NCBI GenBank assembly: GCA_965213625.1
Contig: CBDBZU010000004.1
Coordinates: forward strand, 2,176,001 to 2,240,000
Length of the DNA: 64,000 bases
Source of the DNA: a bacterium
GTDB lineage: Bacteria > UBA8248
Direction of reading: 5' to 3'
In this document: one piece after another, positions 27,702-37,240 of the stretch
Layout of the letters: each line of letters starts with the position of its first letter
How positions within the stretch are numbered: position 1 is the stretch's first letter
Program-made: the position numbers and the translations under genes
Notes under the pieces: model-generated
What the model was told of the DNA's origin: nothing
Databases searched by the model: none
What the model saw: the letters and a program-made list of their open reading frames with translations, nothing else

Positions 27702-28940
27702 ATGCGCCGACCGCCCAAACCGAAGCGGCTCTACATCGATTTCGACGGCTTTTTCGCGTCCTGCGAGGAGCAGGCGGACCCCGGCCTGCACGGCCGCCCC
27801 GTCGGAGTCATACCGTTTGCGGGGGCGCGCAACAGTTGCGTCATCGCCGCCAACGCCGCGGCCAAGAAGTTCGGCGTCAAGACCGGGACTCCGATCGCCG
27901 AGGCGGGCCGGTTGTGCCCCCGGATAACGCTCGCCCCGCAGCGGCCGGACCTCTACGTCCGCATCCACCACCGGATCATCGCCGCGGTGCTCTCCGTGCT
28001 GCCGGTCGACGTCGTCTGCTCGATAGACGAACTCGCCGCCGTCCTGGGGGAGCGGGACCGCCCCGAGGAGATCGCCGGAAGGATCAAGCACAGCATACGG
28101 GCAGCCGTCGGGGAGCGCATCACCTGCTCCATCGGCTGCGCGCCCAACAGGTGGCTCGCCAAGATCGCCGCCGGCCTGGATAAGCCCGACGGCCTGAGGG
28201 TGCTGCTTCCGGGCGACCTGCCGGGTCCGCTGCTCCACCTCGGGCTGGATGCGCTGCCCGGGGTGGGGGAGCGCATGCGCGCGCGCTTGAAACGCGGCGG
28301 GATAGCGACGCTCGAGGACATCTGGAAGGCCGACCCCGGACGGCTGACTTCGCTCTGGGGCAACGTGACCGGCGCGCGTTTCTGGTACGCCTTACACGGC
28401 TACGCCGTGGAGCCGCCGGTGACGAAGCGCGGCTCGATAGGCCATGGCCGGGTCCTGCCCCCGGGGGAGCGCAGCGTGAAGGCCGCCCGGCCGATGGCCA
28501 GACAACTGGTGGTGAAGGCCGCCCGGCGCCTGCGCCGGGAGGGGTTCCTCGCCCGCAGGCTCGGGCTGTCGGCCGAGTGTCTCGATGCGCCCGCCTGGAC
28601 GGCCTCGACGCTCGTCGCGAGAGCGAACGACGATCTCACCTGCCTGGGCGCCCTCTCGGAGCTGTGGGCCGCGCTCGCCGCGGCGCGGGGCCGGGCCGCC
28701 CTGTTCCGGATCGCCGTCTCGTTCGACAGGTTCATTCCCTCGGATGAGATGCAGCTCGAACTGCCTCTCGGCGAGCCGGACGAGAGGCCCAGGCTGATGA
28801 GGCTGAACGCCGCCGTCGACTCGATCAATAGCCGCTACGCGCGCACCCTTGTCGGCTACGGCGGGTGCGCTCCTCCGGGCGGCTACGCGGGGGCCAAGAT
28901 CGCCTACGGGCGCATTCCCCGGCTGGAGGATTTCCAGTAA
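27702..28940 (+). CDS. Y-family DNA polymerase (DinB/UmuC-like)
   Basis: YIDFDGFFASCE, AKKFGVKTG, SIDE catalytic motif, SIGCAPNRWLAKIA, KPDGL. Confidence 0.93.
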   Translation: MRRPPKPKRLYIDFDGFFASCEEQADPGLHGRPVGVIPFAGARNSCVIAANAAAKKFGVKTGTPIAEAGRLCPRITLAPQRPDLYVRIHHRIIAAVLSVLPVDVVCSIDELAAVLGERDRPEEIAGRIKHSIRAAVGERITCSIGCAPNRWLAKIAAGLDKPDGLRVLLPGDLPGPLLHLGLDALPGVGERMRARLKRGGIATLEDIWKADPGRLTSLWGNVTGARFWYALHGYAVEPPVTKRGSIGHGRVLPPGERSVKAARPMARQLVVKAARRLRREGFLARRLGLSAECLDAPAWTASTLVARANDDLTCLGALSELWAALAAARGRAALFRIAVSFDRFIPSDEMQLELPLGEPDERPRLMRLNAAVDSINSRYARTLVGYGGCAPPGGYAGAKIAYGRIPRLEDFQ

Positions 28941-29191
28941 TGGCGCTTCTTTTGGGCGATTACGCCGAGGGAGACTGGTATTTCATCGTGGTGTGCGAGG
29001 CCTGCGGCCGGGAGAAGATTCTGGAGCCCGCCGAACTGCTCGCCGAGCCGGGGAGGGAAAAGGTGCACCGGGGAATGCGCGCGAAAGACTTGGAGCCCCT
29101 CCTGCGCTGCCGGGAATGCGGCTCCAAAAGAGCGCGCCTCGAACCGGTCGCCAGAACCCGCAAGCAAGGCTTCGTCGGCGGGATGATCTGA
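28940..29191 (+). CDS. Small Zn-ribbon protein (CxxC...CxxC)
   Basis: ATG overlaps the polymerase TAA (TAATG); CEACG...LRCRECGSK. Confidence 0.78.
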   Translation: MALLLGDYAEGDWYFIVVCEACGREKILEPAELLAEPGREKVHRGMRAKDLEPLLRCRECGSKRARLEPVARTRKQGFVGGMI

Positions 29192-29237
29192 AGGGTGGGG
29201 TGGTTTGCGGGCGACGAACACGAAGAGGGAATTGTCT

Positions 29238-30134
29238 CTACCCCTCCCTATGCTCGAACACCTTATACACCGCCGCGCTATCGAGGGAGCCGAGCCCCAG
29301 TTCCTGTCCTTCGGTGTAAAAGGGCAGGCAGAGATCGCCGAGCGGCATGTTGGCGCTCACGCTCTCTCCTAAGGCGAGTCCGAGTTTGATGTCCTTGGTC
29401 AGCACGTCGAGCGTGCTCACAGGGTTCGAAAAATCTCCGCTCACCATCCGGGGGCCGCGGTTCCTGAGCTGTCTGCTGTCGGCGGCGCTTCGCATGAAGG
29501 CGTCCAGCAGCAGTTCTCCCTTCACGCCCGCTCTCAGGCCCATGCGGAGCGTCTCGGCGATGGCGCACCGCTGCAGGCAGGTGAGGTAGTTGATGAGCAC
29601 CTTCATCGTCGCGCCGTCGCCCGCGGCGCCGCAATGAATCTGATCGGATAGTAGGCGGCCGAGCATGTCCTTAACCAAGCCGTGCGTCCGCTCCTCGCCG
29701 CCGACGAGGAAAAGCCCCACCCGATTCTTCACGTTTTCGCTGTTGCCGCTCACGCACGCCTCCATGAAGTCGAAGCCGCGTTCCTCACACAGCCGCGCCA
29801 TCTCGCGCGTGTCCTCGGGGTCCGCCGTGGTGGTGTCGATGACGGCCTTGGGCTTCTTGTCCGGATCGGCCGTGAGATACCCACCCGCACCCCGGGCGCA
29901 TTCGAGCGATATCTTCGAGTTGGGTACCGAGATGAATACGAAATCGGCCGTCTCGGCCACATCTTTGGGTGAGGCGAGCGCCGCGCCGCCCAACGCCTTG
30001 AATTCCTCCTGCGCCGCCGGAACCGGGTCTGCCCCCACGAGCCGGTAGCCGTCCTCGATCAGGTTCCTGGAAAACGCCCGGCCCATGAGGCCCAGACCGA
30101 TGAAGCCGATGGTTTCTTCTCTTTGCGTGTTCAC
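29238..30134 (-). CDS. NAD(P)-dependent oxidoreductase, 3-hydroxyisobutyrate/6PGD family
   Basis: IGFIGLGLMG, ACVSG, GATMKVLINY, KDIKL. Confidence 0.88.
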   Translation of the reverse strand: MNTQREETIGFIGLGLMGRAFSRNLIEDGYRLVGADPVPAAQEEFKALGGAALASPKDVAETADFVFISVPNSKISLECARGAGGYLTADPDKKPKAVIDTTTADPEDTREMARLCEERGFDFMEACVSGNSENVKNRVGLFLVGGEERTHGLVKDMLGRLLSDQIHCGAAGDGATMKVLINYLTCLQRCAIAETLRMGLRAGVKGELLLDAFMRSAADSRQLRNRGPRMVSGDFSNPVSTLDVLTKDIKLGLALGESVSANMPLGDLCLPFYTEGQELGLGSLDSAAVYKVFEHREG

Positions 30135-30231
30135 ACTTTTCTCCCTGCGTCTATGCTTTCATGGTGATGTGTGGGTGGTTTTTATAAGGGAAACATTATC
30201 GGGACCCGAAGGTTGCCGGAAAGTATAAAAT

Positions 30232-31281
30232 TCAGCTTTCCTGATTCGGTAAGAGCACCACCTTGATGGCCCCGTCTTTTCGCTCGCGCATCATCTCGAT
30301 GCCCCGGTGCACCATGGAAAGCGGTATCTGGTGCGTGATCATGGGTTGAATGTTCAACTCCCCGCGCGCGGCCAGGTCGATGCAGACCTCGAATGTGTCG
30401 GGGTGTCCGCGCGAGCCGATAATCTCTTTTTCCAGATGCTGGAGGTGCTCGAGCGGTATGGGCGCATCCACCGAAAACGCGCCCACGACCACGATGCGGC
30501 CTCCCTTTCGCGCCATCTCGAAGGCCTGCGCCATCGTCTTGTTCTGCGCGCCTCCCACCACTTCCAAAACGGCGTCCGCCCCGTGCCCGCCGGTCAGGTC
30601 CTGCACGGCGGTAACGGAATCATGCGCGCGCACGTCTATGGTCTCATCCGCGCCCATCTCCCGGGCGACTTCGAGCCTCTCCGACACCGCGTCGATGGCG
30701 ATCACGCGGGCGCCGACGTATTTCGCAGCGGCCAACGCGCACATGCCCACAGGCCCCATGCCGATGACGGCCACCGTTTCGCCGGCTTCCATCCGCGCGC
30801 GGTTCATCACCACGTGGTAGCCCGTCCCCAGCGTCTGCATCACCGAAGCCGTGGCGTCGTCCAGCGCATCCGGCAGGGGCAGCACGGACTTGGCGGGCGC
30901 AACCACATGGCGGCTGTAGCCGCCGTCTACGTTCATGCCGATGGAGCGCGAGTCGTTGCACAGGTTCACCCGGCCCATCTTGCAGAAATAACATTCCCCG
31001 CAGTGCACGTGGTTCTCGATGCAGGCGCGCGCGCCGACTTCCACGCCTTCGGCGCCCGGGCCCAGCGCGCTCACCACGCCCATGAGTTCATGGCCCGGCA
31101 CGACGGGGTATTTCGCGCGCCGCACGTGGCCGTCCATCAGGTGGAAATCGCTGCCGCATATCGCGCAGGCGCCGACTTCGACGAGCACCTCGCCGGGGCC
31201 GGGTTCGGGAACGGGGCGCTCCACGAGTTCGAGCCTCCCCGGTTCATGCAAAAGGGCCGCGAGTGAATTTTGCGCGTTCAA
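30232..31281 (-). CDS. Zn-dependent alcohol dehydrogenase (MDR)
   Basis: ICGSD, GHE, CGECYFC...C, GMGPVG. Confidence 0.92.
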   Translation of the reverse strand: MNAQNSLAALLHEPGRLELVERPVPEPGPGEVLVEVGACAICGSDFHLMDGHVRRAKYPVVPGHELMGVVSALGPGAEGVEVGARACIENHVHCGECYFCKMGRVNLCNDSRSIGMNVDGGYSRHVVAPAKSVLPLPDALDDATASVMQTLGTGYHVVMNRARMEAGETVAVIGMGPVGMCALAAAKYVGARVIAIDAVSERLEVAREMGADETIDVRAHDSVTAVQDLTGGHGADAVLEVVGGAQNKTMAQAFEMARKGGRIVVVGAFSVDAPIPLEHLQHLEKEIIGSRGHPDTFEVCIDLAARGELNIQPMITHQIPLSMVHRGIEMMRERKDGAIKVVLLPNQES

Positions 31282-31506
31282 GGGGAATCCTCCGGTGGCA
31301 GTTCAGTTTTCGGCAATTTGGCGACGCACTATAAGGTTTTATCCCGCGCTTCGCCAGAGGAGGGTACCTCCTGCGGTTTTCCCCACTTTCTGTTTTTCAT
31401 CCCGTCGCCGAAGTCTTCTCACCGGTTTTATTCGAAGCAGCCCTGCGCGCCTTGCGGAGCGCGGGTCGGGATTGTAGGATTCGCGCGTCTTCAAGGAGAA
31501 AGCTAA

Positions 31507-32598
31507 ATGGTGATTGACAAGAAAGAGGTCGGCATCGGCCTGATCGGCGCGGGCAAGATCGGCTCGCTCCGCGCCCATCTGGCGGCGACCTCGCCGGTGG
31601 TGAATTTTTTCGCCATATCCGACATCGACCCCCAGCGCGCCGAGGCTGTGGCCCAGCAGAACGAGGCGGCCTTTCATACCTCGGATAACCGTGAGGTCAT
31701 CGAACACCCCCAGGTGGATGCCCTCATCGTCTCCACGCCGGAGGGTGAGCACACCGAGGCCATCTGCATGGCGCTGGAAGCCGGAAAGCCCGTACTGGTC
31801 GAAAAGCCCATTGCGCTCACGCTGCCGGATGCGGACAGGATCATGGAGTCCAAGGACAAGGGTGGCGCGGAGCTCTACATCGGCTATACGCAGCGGATCA
31901 GGCGAAAGTTCCTGGCGATCAAGGAGCACATCGACGCGGGCCGCCTCGGCGAGGTGATGACCGCGCGCATGACCATCTACAACACGCGCCCCACGGCGCG
32001 GCAGGTCTACCTCCGCGCTCCGCACGCGAATCCCTTCACGGACGAGATCACCTACATGGCCGACATGGCGCTCTGGTTCTTCCAGCCCAGAAAGCCGGTT
32101 CGCGTCTACGCGCAGGCGGGCAGCGAGGTGTTCCACGATCATCCAGATGGGATGGGCGATTACGGCTGGGCGGTCGTCACCTTCGACGACGGGGCGGCGG
32201 CGTGCCTGGGCGGGAACTGGGCGCTCCCTGAGCACTGGCCCGCCACGGTGGCGACCATCAGCATGGACATCTTCGGGAGCGAGGGCGCGGTCCGCATCGA
32301 CGACGGCCACAAGGACGTGATGATGGTGGGCAACGAGCGCGTCCCCTCGCCCTATGCGCCGGATTCCTCGGTGGAGGTCGCCTTCCTGGGCTCCGCCATG
32401 CCGGGAGACTGGGCCGTGGGCGATTTCGTGGGGCCGATGCGCGATGAGACGAGGCTGTTCCTGGAGCGCGTCACCACCGGAAAGGAAGTGCCGCTCTGCG
32501 ACGCGGAAACGGGCCGCGCCGTGCTCGAACTCACCCTCGCGATGGAAGAGAGCGCCCGCCGGGGCGGCGAGGTCATCGAACTGCCGTTTAAAGGATGA
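31507..32598 (+). CDS. Gfo/Idh/MocA oxidoreductase (paralog 1)
   Basis: IGLIGAGKIG, GKPVLVEKP. Confidence 0.9.
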   Translation: MVIDKKEVGIGLIGAGKIGSLRAHLAATSPVVNFFAISDIDPQRAEAVAQQNEAAFHTSDNREVIEHPQVDALIVSTPEGEHTEAICMALEAGKPVLVEKPIALTLPDADRIMESKDKGGAELYIGYTQRIRRKFLAIKEHIDAGRLGEVMTARMTIYNTRPTARQVYLRAPHANPFTDEITYMADMALWFFQPRKPVRVYAQAGSEVFHDHPDGMGDYGWAVVTFDDGAAACLGGNWALPEHWPATVATISMDIFGSEGAVRIDDGHKDVMMVGNERVPSPYAPDSSVEVAFLGSAMPGDWAVGDFVGPMRDETRLFLERVTTGKEVPLCDAETGRAVLELTLAMEESARRGGEVIELPFKG

Positions 32599-32602
32599 AA
32601 AT

Positions 32603-33691
32603 GTGAAGCAAATCGGGTTGGGCATCATAGGTTCCGGGCGCATGGGGCGACTCCGCGCGCATCTGGCTTCGGGCTCGCCCGAGGTGAAATTTCTGGCCTT
32701 ATCGGATAGAGACCCGGCGCGCGCCAAGCTCATCGCCGAGGAGACGCAGGCCGATTTCCACTCGGGCGAAAATGAAGAAGTGCTCGCGCATTCCGACGTG
32801 GATGCCGTCATCGTCTCGACTCCTGAGTTCGACCATGCAGACGCCGTCTGCCGGGCGCTGGAGCTCGGAAAACCCGTACTGTGCGAGAAGCCGATATCCT
32901 TGTCGCTCGATGATGCGGACAGGATTCTCGCGGCGTATGAGAAATCGAATACCGAGCTTTTCATCGGCTACACCCAAAGACAAAGGCGCCGTTTCTTGAA
33001 CGCCAAGGAGCAGATTCAGCGCGGCCGCCTGGGGCATCTCCAGACCGCGCGCGCCACGCTCTATAACGTCACCACCAACGGGGCGGAGATATACAAGCGC
33101 GCCGCGCATGCTGGCCCCGTCACCGACACGCTCACCTACATGGTGGATATCTGCCTGTGGTATTTCGAGGGCAGAAAACCCAAGCGCGTCTACGCCCAGG
33201 GGGGAAGCAAGGTGTTCCCGCACCATCCGATGGGCTGCGGCGATTGGGCCTGGGCGATCCTCACGTTCGAGGACGGCGGCACCGTGAACTTCGGCTGCTC
33301 GTGGATTCTGCCCGACAACTGGCCTGCGAACATCACCTCCATCGACCTCGAAGTCATGGGCACCGAGGGGGCCATCGCAATAGATGACTCACACAAGAAC
33401 GCCGTCATGGCGACGAACAAGGGCGTGCCCTCGCCCTACGTGGACGGCATGTCGTCAGACGTTGTGTTCCTGGAATCCATGATGGCGGGCGACTGGCTGG
33501 TGGGCGATTTTTGGGGGCCGATGCGCGATGAGACGAGGCTGTTCTTGGAACGTGTGACGATGGGCCGGAGCGTTTCGCTCGCGCTTCCCCATCACGCCCG
33601 CACGGTGCTCGAAGTGACGCTCGCCATAGAGCATAGCGCCATGGAAAACAGGCCCATCGATTTCCCGCTCACGGGCGTCCATTCCCATTAA
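32603..33691 (+). CDS. Gfo/Idh/MocA oxidoreductase (paralog 2)
   Basis: GTG start at 32603; LGIIGSGRMG, GKPVLCEKP; colinear with paralog 1. Confidence 0.9.
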   Translation: MKQIGLGIIGSGRMGRLRAHLASGSPEVKFLALSDRDPARAKLIAEETQADFHSGENEEVLAHSDVDAVIVSTPEFDHADAVCRALELGKPVLCEKPISLSLDDADRILAAYEKSNTELFIGYTQRQRRRFLNAKEQIQRGRLGHLQTARATLYNVTTNGAEIYKRAAHAGPVTDTLTYMVDICLWYFEGRKPKRVYAQGGSKVFPHHPMGCGDWAWAILTFEDGGTVNFGCSWILPDNWPANITSIDLEVMGTEGAIAIDDSHKNAVMATNKGVPSPYVDGMSSDVVFLESMMAGDWLVGDFWGPMRDETRLFLERVTMGRSVSLALPHHARTVLEVTLAIEHSAMENRPIDFPLTGVHSH

Positions 33692-33703
33692 GTCCCATTC
33701 GCG

Positions 33704-34075
33704 GTGAACTCCGGGCAACAAATCCTGCTTTCGCATCACAGGTACGAACTCGGAAAAACCGCCTCGGGCGAGCGCTACACGCTCGCTGGCGATCTCGATG
33801 CGGAGGGAGCGGCCCGCGTCCTCGAAGCGATGGAAGCCCAGGTATTAACCACAGACCTCACGAGCCTCGATTTGGAGGATTTGGAACTTTTGGACGGCGC
33901 CGCCGTCGCGCTGATGGTGGACCTCACCCGCCTCCTTTTGAGCGCCTCCGGGCGAGTGCAAGTATTAAAATCTCCGCAGTCTCTGGCGCACACCCTCTAT
34001 AGGGTGGGGATGCTGGAGGGCGATTCGCGCTTAGAACTCATCGAACCCCGCGAGGAAGAGGGAACGACCAATTAA
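33704..34075 (+). CDS. STAS-like domain protein
   Basis: LAGDLDA...LDLEDLELLDGAAVALMV pattern. Confidence 0.55.
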   Translation: MNSGQQILLSHHRYELGKTASGERYTLAGDLDAEGAARVLEAMEAQVLTTDLTSLDLEDLELLDGAAVALMVDLTRLLLSASGRVQVLKSPQSLAHTLYRVGMLEGDSRLELIEPREEEGTTN

Positions 34076-34137
34076 GCGTGTGGATGATGCGCCCTCAGCC
34101 TTCATAATCCGAATATACAGGAAATACAGGAGAGGCC

Positions 34138-35025
34138 ATGAGTCCCGTTTCACCCGATGAGCCTTATGAGAGAAAGCGCGTCAAAGTCTTGGACGCGGAG
34201 ATGGCGTATATCGAGGCCGGGGAGGGTGACCCCATCGTGCTCCTGCACGGAAATCCGGCCACCTCTTATCTCTGGCGTAACGTGATCCCCCACTTGGAAG
34301 GCCTGGGCCGGTGCCTCGCGCCCGACCTCATGAACAGCGGGGCGTCGGACAACATTCCGGGGGGCGGCTGCCGCTACGGGGATCACATCCCTTATCTGGA
34401 TGCCTGGTTCGAGGCGGCGGGAGCGACGCAAAATGCGTTCTTCGTGCTCCACGATTGGGGCGCGGCCCTTGGTTTCAACCGCGTCTCCCGCTTCCCGGAG
34501 CAGGTGGTCGGCCTCTCTTATATGGAGTCCATGGTGCGCCCGCGCCTTTGGACCGACATGCCCGAGGATAGAGTCGCGCAGTTCAAGACGCTGCGAGGCG
34601 AGGCGGGGCTTCAAATAGTCATGGAGGATAATTTTTTCGTCGAGACCATGCTCTTCGAGCGGGGTGTCGTGCGAGATTTGAGCGAGGCGGAAAAAGAAGC
34701 CTACCGCGCGCCCACCCAGGATCCGCAGAAAAGGAGGCAGACCCACCAATGGGCGTGTGAGATTCCCTTCGAGGGTGAGCCAAAGGACAACTACGAGATC
34801 GTGAAGCGCTACAGCGATTATCTGCATGCGAGCGAGAATCTCCCCAAATTGTTCATCAACTGCGAGTACGGACACGCGCTCGCGGGGGCCGCGCGCGACT
34901 TCTGCCGCACATGGCCGAACCAGGAGGAGATAACGATACCCACCCGCCACTACGGGCAGGAGGATTGCCCCGATGAGATTGGCCGCGCCGTCGCGGCGAT
35001 TATCCAGAAGGTGAGGGGGAAGTGA
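34138..35025 (+). CDS. Haloalkane dehalogenase (HLD-II, DhaA/LinB-like)
   Basis: LHGNPATSYLWRNVIPHL, LAPDL, VLHDWG nucleophile, YMES acid, PKLFIN, HYGQED histidine. Confidence 0.9.
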   Translation: MSPVSPDEPYERKRVKVLDAEMAYIEAGEGDPIVLLHGNPATSYLWRNVIPHLEGLGRCLAPDLMNSGASDNIPGGGCRYGDHIPYLDAWFEAAGATQNAFFVLHDWGAALGFNRVSRFPEQVVGLSYMESMVRPRLWTDMPEDRVAQFKTLRGEAGLQIVMEDNFFVETMLFERGVVRDLSEAEKEAYRAPTQDPQKRRQTHQWACEIPFEGEPKDNYEIVKRYSDYLHASENLPKLFINCEYGHALAGAARDFCRTWPNQEEITIPTRHYGQEDCPDEIGRAVAAIIQKVRGK

Positions 35026-35061
35026 TTTAGCGCATCACGTTTATAAAGGAGAAACTGGGTA

Positions 35062-35346
35062 ATGACCAAGAACACCAGAATCACGGATGCCAAGATCATG
35101 AACGCGGTGCTTGTCATGCTTAAGGAGAGAGGCCCTCTCAGTGGAACTGAAATAAAGAAGCATGTATTGGAGGCGCTTATCACACGCACTGACTATAAAA
35201 ATGCAGGGTATTTGGAAAGCAAAAAACAAGAAGGAACACAAGAGCATAAATGGGAAATCACCAAGAAGGGTATCGAGGCGCTCGAATTGGATGATGTTGA
35301 TTTATACAAGAAAGCACGTGAAGCAAGCCGAAAAGTCAGGAAATAG
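35062..35346 (+). CDS. Mrr N-terminal-like winged-helix protein (no nuclease domain)
   Basis: VLVMLKERG, AGYLES...WEITKKG..AL; AT-rich. Confidence 0.5.
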   Translation: MTKNTRITDAKIMNAVLVMLKERGPLSGTEIKKHVLEALITRTDYKNAGYLESKKQEGTQEHKWEITKKGIEALELDDVDLYKKAREASRKVRK

Positions 35347-35371
35347 CGTTTAAGCAAGCTAGGAGAATAAA

Positions 35372-35752
35372 ATGACTATCTACAGATTCGAAGATTTGCA
35401 GGACGTGCGTCAGAACCCCGGCCTCTCCTCAGGCCACGGGGAGACCATCAAGGGGGAGAAGATGTATTTCTGCCACCGCATCTGGGAGGCGGGCACGGAA
35501 GCGAAGCCCCACTACCACGCATGCGAGCAGTTCATCTACATCATGCGCGGAAGGCAGAAGTTCACGATGGGCGGGGAGGTGCACGAACTGGGACCCGGTG
35601 ACGTCATCCACATACCCGCGAACGAGGTGCACGCGGCGGAGATGATCGAGGAGGTCGAAGCCATCTACGTCAAGGACACAACCTGGAGCCTCAAAGGAGT
35701 CGCCGCTGGTGAAGCGGCGCCCGACGCCCCGCCGCCCGATGATCCGTTTTAG
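35372..35752 (+). CDS. Cupin domain protein
   Basis: HYHACEQ...G, GDVIHIPANEVH. Confidence 0.88.
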   Translation: MTIYRFEDLQDVRQNPGLSSGHGETIKGEKMYFCHRIWEAGTEAKPHYHACEQFIYIMRGRQKFTMGGEVHELGPGDVIHIPANEVHAAEMIEEVEAIYVKDTTWSLKGVAAGEAAPDAPPPDDPF

Positions 35753-35769
35753 GTTTAGCCACCCGCATT

Positions 35770-35794
35770 GTAGGGGTCGTATATATGCGACCCT
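35770..35794. repeat. GTAG-type REP-like palindrome
   Basis: GTAGGGGTCGTATATATGCGACCCT. Confidence 0.7.
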
Positions 35795-35960
35795 CATAGA
35801 GAAGAGAAGGCCACGGGCATCGCAATCCTTCCTCCAGTGTCGCAGCGCGTTCTTATGAAATCGGCGAATGTCAGACAGCGGGCCGATGGGGTGGACGCCC
35901 CCTTCCGGCAGTTTAGAATGTGGCGAGGCAACGTCACACACCGCCCGGAAGGAGGCATCC

Positions 35961-36986
35961 ATGGAAGGAGTCTACATCATCGGCATCGACTTGGCGAAAA
36001 ACAGTTTTCAACTCCACGGGGCGCGCGCGGACGGTTCGGTAGCGTTCCGCAAGAAGCTCGGTCGGGCGGGTCTGCTGAACTTCCTGGCCAAACAGCCGCG
36101 CTGCGTGGTGGCGATGGAGGCGTGCGCGGGGGCGCACCGCTGGGGCCGTGAGATTGCGAAGCTCGGCCACGAGGTTCGGCTCGCGCCGCCGGCCTACGTG
36201 AAGCCGTACGTGAAGCGCCACAAGAACGACGCGGCGGACGCGGAGGCGATTTGCGAGGCGGCCTCACGACCGACGATGCATCTCGTGGCGGTGAAGAGCG
36301 AGGAGCAGCAGACCGAGGGGATGCTGTTCCGGGCGCGGGATTTGCTGAAGCGCCAGAAGACGCAGACGATCAACGCGTTGCGGGGACACCTGGCGGAGTT
36401 CGGGGTGGTCGCGCGGCAGGGTCCGGTGGGCCTCACGCGTCTGGCGGCGGCGGTTCGGGGAGCGGAATCGGGTCTGCCGGTGGCGGTTCGGGAGTTGGGC
36501 GAGGTGTTTCTGGAGCAAATCGCGGGTCTGAGCCGGAAGATCGGGGAGTTGGAGAGTCGGCTTCACGCGAGCGTCCACGCGGACGAGGAGGCGCGGCGTC
36601 TGATGCGTATCCCGGGGGTGGGTCCGGTTACGGCGTCTGCGATCCGTGCCTTCGCGCCGCCGATGGAGAACTTCCGGCGGGGCCGGGACTTCTCGGCCTG
36701 GCTGGGACTGGTGCCCCGGCAACACTCGACGGGGGGCAAGCCCCGCCTGGGCCGGGTATCGAAGATGGGCCAGCGCGACGTGAGGCGGCTGTTGGTCACG
36801 GGCGCGATGTCGGTGATTCGCCAGGCGCTCCGGCGCGGCGCGCCGCCGGGTTCGTGGCTGGCCCGGATGCTGGCGCGCAAGCCGAGGATGCTCGTCGCGG
36901 TGGCGCTGGCCAACAAAATGGCGCGCATCGCGTGGGCGCTGATGCGGAACAAGGACGACTACAGGGAACCGGCGCCCCTCGCCTGA
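35961..36986 (+). CDS. IS110 family transposase (DEDD RuvC-like recombinase)
   Basis: IGIDLAK, MEAC, KNDAADA, IPGVGP, GLVPRQHSTGG, ALANKMAR; GGAGG RBS. Confidence 0.97.
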   Translation: MEGVYIIGIDLAKNSFQLHGARADGSVAFRKKLGRAGLLNFLAKQPRCVVAMEACAGAHRWGREIAKLGHEVRLAPPAYVKPYVKRHKNDAADAEAICEAASRPTMHLVAVKSEEQQTEGMLFRARDLLKRQKTQTINALRGHLAEFGVVARQGPVGLTRLAAAVRGAESGLPVAVRELGEVFLEQIAGLSRKIGELESRLHASVHADEEARRLMRIPGVGPVTASAIRAFAPPMENFRRGRDFSAWLGLVPRQHSTGGKPRLGRVSKMGQRDVRRLLVTGAMSVIRQALRRGAPPGSWLARMLARKPRMLVAVALANKMARIAWALMRNKDDYREPAPLA

Positions 36987-36989
36987 GCG

Positions 36990-37240
36990 GCGGGCGCGCG
37001 GATAGAGCCGGGAGGAATGTGGGCAGGCCACAGGAGGAGTAAGGGCAAACGGTCATCGAGACGGGGTCGGGGCAACCAGTTACATGCGACGAGCGAACCA
37101 TCGAGCTCGCCGGGCCGATTCGGACCCGACCCGCGCATCTCCATACGGGCCCGCGGCCGTTACGAAGCGCCGCAACGAAGAGGCCGAATGTACGACTGAG
37201 TCGAACCGCTTTGCGCCGAACCCTCCCAAAAAACCGCTTG
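36990..37240 (+). ncRNA. Predicted bridge RNA / seekRNA of the IS1111-group element
   Basis: Stem GGGTCGGG(37064-37071)/CCCGACCC(37125-37132) encloses loop strands TACATGCG and CGGGCCG matching the target flanks; second loop contains ATGTACGA matching the donor junction. Ends approximate. Confidence 0.8.

Noticed and set aside
32354-32602. Fusion or frameshift between the two Gfo/Idh/MocA genes
   Set aside because: The first gene has its own TGA and the second has a GTG start preceded by AAGGA.
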